A stretch of 60,778 nucleotides of DNA, counting the filler, from Sluysia triapertura (lineage: Eukaryota): NCBI GenBank assembly GCA_046118255.1. It is 4 parts of 4 records of this genome, joined end to end, with 100 filler letters (N's around TTAATTAATTAA, not from the genome) between each part and the next. Parts side by side here need not be neighbours in the genome. Positions count along the whole stretch, not along the records: positions 48,356 to 60,778 come from JBJNIA010111090.1; 3 more parts are not named here. One strand, 5' to 3'. Below the pieces are notes generated by a model. That model ran no database searches. It had not been told where the DNA came from and saw only the letters and a list, made by a program, of their open reading frames with translations. This document shows, piece after piece, positions 53,589-60,778 of the stretch. Position 1 is the stretch's first letter, and every line of letters begins with the position of its first letter. The translations under genes were made by a program, and so were the position numbers.

Positions 53589-54329
53589 ATAAATATCAAT
53601 AAGTTAGATTAGTGGCGGTAAAATGTCATCGTTATCATTCCTATAGTTGTTGTTATTATCACTTTTTATGAACATTTTCTTCTTCTACATCCAAAAGTGT
53701 CGATGGCCATACAGATCTGTAAAATCTATCATTTGATATAGCTGATTCGGTTGCATTCGTTTGCTTGTTAGCCATCATTTTAAAATTATTTATAAAAGCT
53801 TTAAAATTACAGTAATAAATATAATAAAAAAGGTAGTGTTGTAGTGATGATGAGTTGGCAATAGGCGTTATGTATAAAAAATGTTAACAAAGGATTTTAA
53901 TTAGAAAAATTTTAATAAAAGGATTTTATTAAGCGTTTGTGATTTACCGGGGGTAAAGTCTGATACTGCAGATGTTGATATGATTTGTGTTTGTGATGTA
54001 GTTGATGTAATTGATGGTGATGATGAATAAGATGTATGATATATGTTGAAGTGTGACACCACAAGTTATTAATTGATAATCATTATATAACAATAATGAC
54101 TATAATTATTATATATATTTTAATGCGATCTGAATTGTAATAATAATAGCGGTAGTTCATGATAATAAGATGCGATGATCATGTTTGTTTTTTGAATGAG
54201 TTTAGTAGTTTGTTTAATAGTCTGTGTACATGTGAGTGCTTTTATGTGATGAAGTGTGATGAATTCCCTACACTTCTCTTGCTTTTATTGGCAACCAATG
54301 TAATTCCTTAAGAAAAGTTGATCTTCCCA

Positions 54330-56430
54330 CTTGGAAAAGTAGTCTTGCTGTTTGATTAATTATTAATTTTAATTTTTTCAATTTTCTGTCTGAAGTTGAA
54401 TGCAATTTACCATTGTTAAAATATGTTGTTATCAATGAATGAACAATTAGTGTAACTGTTTCTTTATTAATAAATTTTCTGATATTTGATATATTTTAAT
54501 TGATATTTACACCTTTTAACAATACAATTAATATTTTATTCCATGTTCATTTTTGAATCCATATAACAATCTATATTTTATATTTTTGGTTTCGTATTTA
54601 GTGTTTACCACTTACAATTAATTTTGTGTCGTTTATTTTGGCATTTTGACTATTTTTAATACTGAATATTATAAATTTTGATTTTTTTCATTGATTTTCA
54701 AGTATTTCCAAATCATTTTATCACTTTAGGTACTAGTACTTCTGTTCTTTGAATAGTATTTTCTGTTATTTATTTGCACATCATCAGCATATATATGGTA
54801 TTTAAATCCATATGATTCGATTATAATTGAAAAATCATTGACATATATTATAAACAATAATAGAGCAAGTACTGATCTCCGAGGAAGTCCATGCTTTACA
54901 CATACCTCATTTAACTTCACATTATTCAATAAAATGTATTGCCTTCTTTCTTTTTAAGTATGATTCAAACCATTTTATTGCACTAAATGAGAGACACATT
55001 CTTTGGAGATCACAAAGTCATATTTCATGGTCAACTATATCAAAAGCAGCAGACATCTAACAAAACCATCAAAACACATTTATGATTGAAACAATTTAAA
55101 TTATAATTTATTCTTAAAATAGCCGTTTCTTTTTAGTGGTAGATTCTGTAAGCTGATTGATACATTGTAAGAAGTTTATTTTCATCTAAGAACTTTGACA
55201 ATTGTTGTAAAACTGCTTTTTCAATCAATTTTGATAAGTGTGTTACATTTGATACGGGTCTATAATTATTCAAAAGCAATGTCACCATGTTTCATATGAC
55301 GTAATACGACGGATACTTTTTCACTTGATGGAAATTTTGTACTTTATAATGAATCATTAATAATTTTCAATAAAGCCCAAATAACTTTATTTAAAATTGA
55401 ATTATTTTTTATAAGTTTGGTTGGTCAATAGAGCTTTTTTTTGACATTTCTGTGATAATATTTTATTTATTTGTTCTTTTTCTTTTGCATTTCTAATTTA
55501 ATATTTGATTTATTAATGCTATTTCGTACATTTTACACTTTCTGTTTGACGTAATTTTATCATTTTCAAAATGATTTCCATTTTGTTTACCAAATAATTT
55601 ATTTAATAATTTATAAATACCTTTAATATTTGATTTGTTGACTTCAAACAACTTATTATAAATATCCACTTTTTTCTTTTTAATATCTTGGAATAAGATG
55701 TTACGGTATTTCTTCATTCTTTCTTTGTTTCATCAGTTTTTTTACAGCTCATTATTCATAATTCAGTAATTGCAGAATTAAACCAAAATTTCTCAGTAAC
55801 ACGCATCTTTCATTTTTTTAAAGGTGTATGCTTATTTAAATAAAAGAATAATGTTTTGTATAAAGCGTTTAATGTATCTATATCGTCTGTAAAATTTATT
55901 TTTTTTCAATTCAAATTTGCTCTTCAATATCAATTTATATCAATTTAATGATAAGATATATTTAATAGTTCATTCACTTTTATATCAGTAACGATATTAC
56001 TATCAATATTGGTTATTAATAAATCTGATATATTTTCACATTTATGAGTTAAATTGAATGTATTTAGTAGTTTGATGAATGTTTTACATTCTTCATTCAT
56101 TTTTATATTAAAATCTCTTGTTATTAAAACTTTGGCTTTTTCCGAAATAATGTCCAAATTATCATAAAATTCATCTAAAAATTCTTTAATCGAATTACTT
56201 GGTGGTCAATATATAGCAATTAATATTGATTTATTTGTTTCAGTAATATTTAATTCTATATTTTAAATGGAACAATATCAACTAATTTGCCACCCATTCG
56301 ATTTACCACCATCATTTGATACTTCTCTGTATTTATGAAAAAATAAATATTATTTAGAGGAAATAATGAATTAAATATTTTATCATCTTTGATCTAAGTT
56401 TCTATCAAACAAAGTATGTCATGCTATTTT
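54330..56430 (-). mobile_element. Decayed L2/CR1-type LINE ORF2 (APE endonuclease + reverse transcriptase)
   Basis: In order on the minus strand: IAIY*PP, LITRDFNI, NYRPVSN..SKLIEK, YQSAYR, SAAFDIVDH, GLPRRSVL.LLFIIYVND, YADDVQI. Confidence 0.9.
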
Positions 56431-57848
56431 CATAGATGATCTCAATAATTTCCACAATTTCTGTGAAAAATTATTACAAATTGCATTATCTTGGTGGTGT
56501 TCAGTGCAAGTAGAAAACTAATCTTAAGGCCAACACACCATTTAAATTCTATTGTCATTTACGATAGTGGATAACTGAAGCATTTTCTAATAATTATGTA
56601 AAATTATACAAAAATGCATTTGAATTGGTTTTAATAGATTACAAGTCTCGATTAGTGTAAATGGCAAAAATTTTGATGTTTGCAGTTAAATTTTAAAATT
56701 TTAATAGTCTGAGTATATTGTAAAGTCATTAGAAAAATAATGAACTTATTAATAAACTTAATAATAACTTTATATTATTACGTAGTAACTAGTTTTTTGT
56801 ACTTTAAAATAACTTATACTAATGTAATTAAATAATTTGTTTTTATATCAAATTAAAACACAGAATTTATTTTACAATTTATTATACATTAAGGTTTTTA
56901 AAGGTTTTCTAAAGAACAAACATGGTTTATTTATTTGAGTAAATAAAAACTTGGTCATAAAACAGTATCAGAAACAGAAAGAGTGCCTTTTCTGGCTTAG
57001 AAGTAAGTGATATAGCCGTAGGTCGATAGTTTGTAAGAATTGAAGATAGTAATGTTGACCTTATAAATAAGAGCTGAATTATTTTTATACTATTGTAATT
57101 AATATATGATTCTTTGAAATGAATTTAAAAAATTATCCAATTAATTCGAGAATTTTCAGCATATTTTAATACTTTATCAGAATCATATTAAAGAAATTGG
57201 TATGATATAAAAATGGGCGAATGGACACCATTCGAACTAAGTGATTTTCAAAATATTTCCTGAATTAAATAGATATAATAAAGCGAATTATATGCAATAA
57301 AAACACTCTGCACGAAATTAATGAAATTAATGAACAAAAAGTAATACTCACTGCATGGTGATGCATATAGGATATTATCAATTTTAATGATTGAGAAAGT
57401 GATGAATCTATTTGGCCAGGTATTAAAAGAATTAGAAAAAGTTATCAATAACGTGCTCGTCATTGATTAGAAGAAAATGATCTGCTTTACTACGTGACAA
57501 TCAACAGTCACTTGCACATATTGCAGAAACTGGATTACTAAGTCCCATCACCCTTCATGTATCCCTGACATAGCCTAATCTTAACATTTATATAAACATT
57601 TGAATCACTTTATTGAAAAAAGGTCGGGAAATTATCAAGTAATGTGTTAATAAGTTCTTTGATTTCAAATGTGTGACTTAGAAATATATATACGATATAA
57701 AATCAGATGATGCTATTTTGATTATTAAATTTATTTTGATTCTGCATGTCTTATTTGGTCAATTCATATAGGATAACGTAATATTAATATTTTAATAATT
57801 CCTCTGTATAATTATTGTTACTTTTATAAAATAAATGGATTTCTTCAG

Positions 57849-60651
57849 GAAAAAATATTAGCGACCATAACCAATTACAGGATGTTGACCAATCACCATC
57901 CCCGCAACATCAAAAAATTAATGAAAATCTAGTTTCAACTAATTCTAAATTAACTTGTTCAATGCTTGTTAATCCTTCAGAAGTAGATGACGTACATACT
58001 TCAATTTCATCACAAACAAATCCTCAATCAGGTTTATATTTCAAACCTTTACAACAAACACAACAATCACAAGCGCAACATCCAAGTCAACATTCTCAGC
58101 CGTTTCTTAATCGTTTTATTCCTCAACAAAACTTAAATCCTCAACCTGCCCAATCATTCGACATATTTAATGTATCGGAATCTCGTTCACGGACTCAATC
58201 TACGACATCTGTTGGTAGTAACGATTACCATCATCATTATCAACAACCTCATTTTAAATCAAGTTCGAGAGCTTCAAGATCTAGAGACAATAGTGAATCT
58301 ACTAAAGTGGATAATTTGCCAACCCCATCTACAATTCGTAATCATTTAGAACAAACTAATGACGAATCCGATTCAGGTTCTTAATTTGCTAACGCATTTA
58401 TTTACTAAAATATTTAATAGGTAATTGTTATTTATATTGAATGTATACTTAATTATTTTGAAATAATTTACAACACGCACCACAGAAATGCAAAAACAAT
58501 TCGAAAATTAAAGATTAAATCTAAACGTTTTTCATTTTATAAAATAATATTAAGGAAGAAGTTCAAACATAGAGCTGATGAGTTGCACACATGAAAATGC
58601 GTACGAAAAAAAGTGGCGTACTTACAATTTTATAATTGTTAAATTTATAAATTTAATAAAGTTTTTTGTAATTAATTCTTTATAAAAACTTAAATGTCTT
58701 TGAACACTTTATTGTGTCAGTAGATTTATATATGCTTATGATAAATGTATTCTGTATGTTTACAATCAATGTAATTTTCTTTATGATTTCTTATTAGTGC
58801 TATCTTATATTCCTTTATCAATGTGTTCACTTTATTATAATTTTTAAAATTCAAACTCTTTAATGTTAAAAGTTACGGAAGTATTAAAGTTTGATTATAT
58901 TTGTTTTAAAATAGTTTCATTGTAAATAAGCTCACAAATGCAAATTTAATTATTAGCAAAAATAAAAGAGATAAAACTTTTTAATTATCTTATGAAGCGA
59001 CTACAAAATACTGCCGGTTTAGTATATCTCCAAACTATTTATAAAAGCACCAAAGGCCTCTAATGGATTACCATAAAATTCTATAAGTAATCCGCAAGAA
59101 TTTTTTTGTTTTCTATATAATTTGCACTTTAAATAATTTTAACAGAATGTGTCATAAGTATTTGCAGAGCAAAATAAATGAGACATGATGTAATTATTTT
59201 TATAATATAAATACATCATATTTTGTAATATTCATGAAACACAGTCCAATAAACAAATATAACATAATTTTTTAAATGATTTAAAATACTTCATTCTATT
59301 TCCTTTTTAGCAATAATAGGTATAAATAACGATTTCTTTGATTATTTACACATTCAGATATAATTTCACTAAATTTAATAACAGTTTAAATTGCAAGTCG
59401 TAGATTTTTGAATTATTTAATATAATTAATTATATTAATGTTAATTATATTATATTAATATATTTAATTATATTAATGCGGTGGCCAATTCAAAACATCT
59501 GTATTATTTTTCATGAAAATTGTTGTTGCTTTGATCGTATAACCAAGAACTTTGTAATGTGATTAATATTATAGAGTTTAAAGGTAGTGATAGATGAAGT
59601 TCAGCAGCTTTATTGTAAGAAATAATTTTTAATTCACTAATTTTGTTTACCTATTTTATAATTGCACTTATAATATTTATATTCATATTAGCTGAAATTA
59701 CTAAAAGTCAGAAAGGTTATTAAAAAAGTGATTAAGAATTAATGTGGTCTTTCACGTCTGTCGAAGAATGTTAAAAGCAAAAATGTTGGAAGGCATTTAA
59801 AACAAATATTTTATAAAAAATTATCAAAATTTTATCAATCGAAATATATTGTGAGGTTAACTTATTAAGTAGATTTAACATCAATAATATAATTGTAATT
59901 CTTTTGTTTTAGATCAAGTTATTCAGAAATCAGAAATATCCAATTCACAATCCCCTTCCACAGAATCACAAACTCAAATTAGTACTACTTCCAATCGTAA
60001 TACAGGAAGTTGGTTTTCAAGATTTCTACCGATACGAAGCAAAGAGGTTTACTTACCTGATGATACAGATAAAAAAATATATTTTGATGAAAAAGCTAAT
60101 TGCTGGCGCGACAGTAGCAAGACAGAGCAAGTAGGAGGAAATATTAAGCCTCCAGTCATGGCCCCACCTCCAGCAAACATTGACAATATAAGTTTAAGTG
60201 TTTCATCACCTCTATTGACAACTTCTAGTCGGTATGCAGTTCCAGGAGCTATGAAGACAATGAAAACAAATGCAAGTAGTGAGGCACTAGCGGATGTTAT
60301 GAAAATATTACCTGGTCACAGTAGTCATCAACTTAACAATGTGAGAGAATAAATTTTGAACTTAAAGCATAATTCTAATTGGAATTATTTCAGTGATAAT
60401 AAATGAATTAATTTTTCAACATAGTTGTTTTATTTATAATAAAAAGTAGTTTGTTTATTTAAATAATTATTTAGATGACAAATCAGACAGAAAATAATAA
60501 TATTAAAGAAAGTAATATAAATATGTTAAATAGAAAAACTTCGTATGTATACCCTAATTCAATTTCTTCGGTATCTAGTCCAAATTCAGGATTTAATCAA
60601 TCGAATAATTACAATATTTCAATTGAATCACATGGTCATTACCCACAGTAG
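57849..60651 (+). CDS. SEC16: Sec16 (ER exit-site protein) C-terminal exons (57849-58376, 59913-60340, 60475-60651), partial
   Basis: GSWFSRFLP..EVYLPDDTDKKIYFDEKANCWRD..APPP matches the Sec16 C-terminal motif (W....K...LPDD....I.WDE....W). Flanks are S/Q/P-rich and splice phases are consistent. The central conserved domain is not in this contig. Confidence 0.78.
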
Positions 60652-60778
60652 TGGTATTTACTACCCTCGTCAATATCAGTAGCACATGGATCAACACAAA
60701 ATGCAGGGCAGTACGAGTCTTTCTATACTAAACAAAACTAATAAATCATTGAGAATACTATTTTCATGCACATGCAAA

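Overview
Very AT-rich eukaryotic (metazoan) DNA made of four contigs joined by artificial 100-nt spacers (44 N + TTAATTAATTAA + 44 N at 15673-15772, 34634-34733 and 48256-48355). Introns are bimodal: tiny (34-37 nt) or long and transposon-filled. This resembles a reduced invertebrate genome such as the orthonectid Intoshia (inference, not verified). Spliced genes: a 2-exon hypothetical gene (-), the 5' half of G-protein beta-5, the 3' end of RalGAP-alpha, two polycystin channel exons, a 4-exon LARP6-like gene and the 3' end of Sec16. The rest is mostly transposon debris: pogo/Tigger, Tc1, mariner, piggyBac and hAT elements, L2/CR1-type LINEs, Ty3/gypsy gag, LTR and integrase pieces, and a tRNA-derived SINE head. 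Two observations stand out. (1) Intronless, co-oriented mosaics of unrelated host-gene fragments recur: TRIAP1 + FMR1 Agenet + ELM2/SANT + beta-TrCP-like WD40; DEAD-box + CCCH; an SRSF-type RRM; and a second CCCH locus that shares an upstream palindrome with the DEAD-box locus. This suggests an RNA-templated gene-capture or exon-shuffling element family. (2) A half Gbeta5 gene is followed on the same strand and contig by the phase-compatible last exons of RalGAP-alpha.
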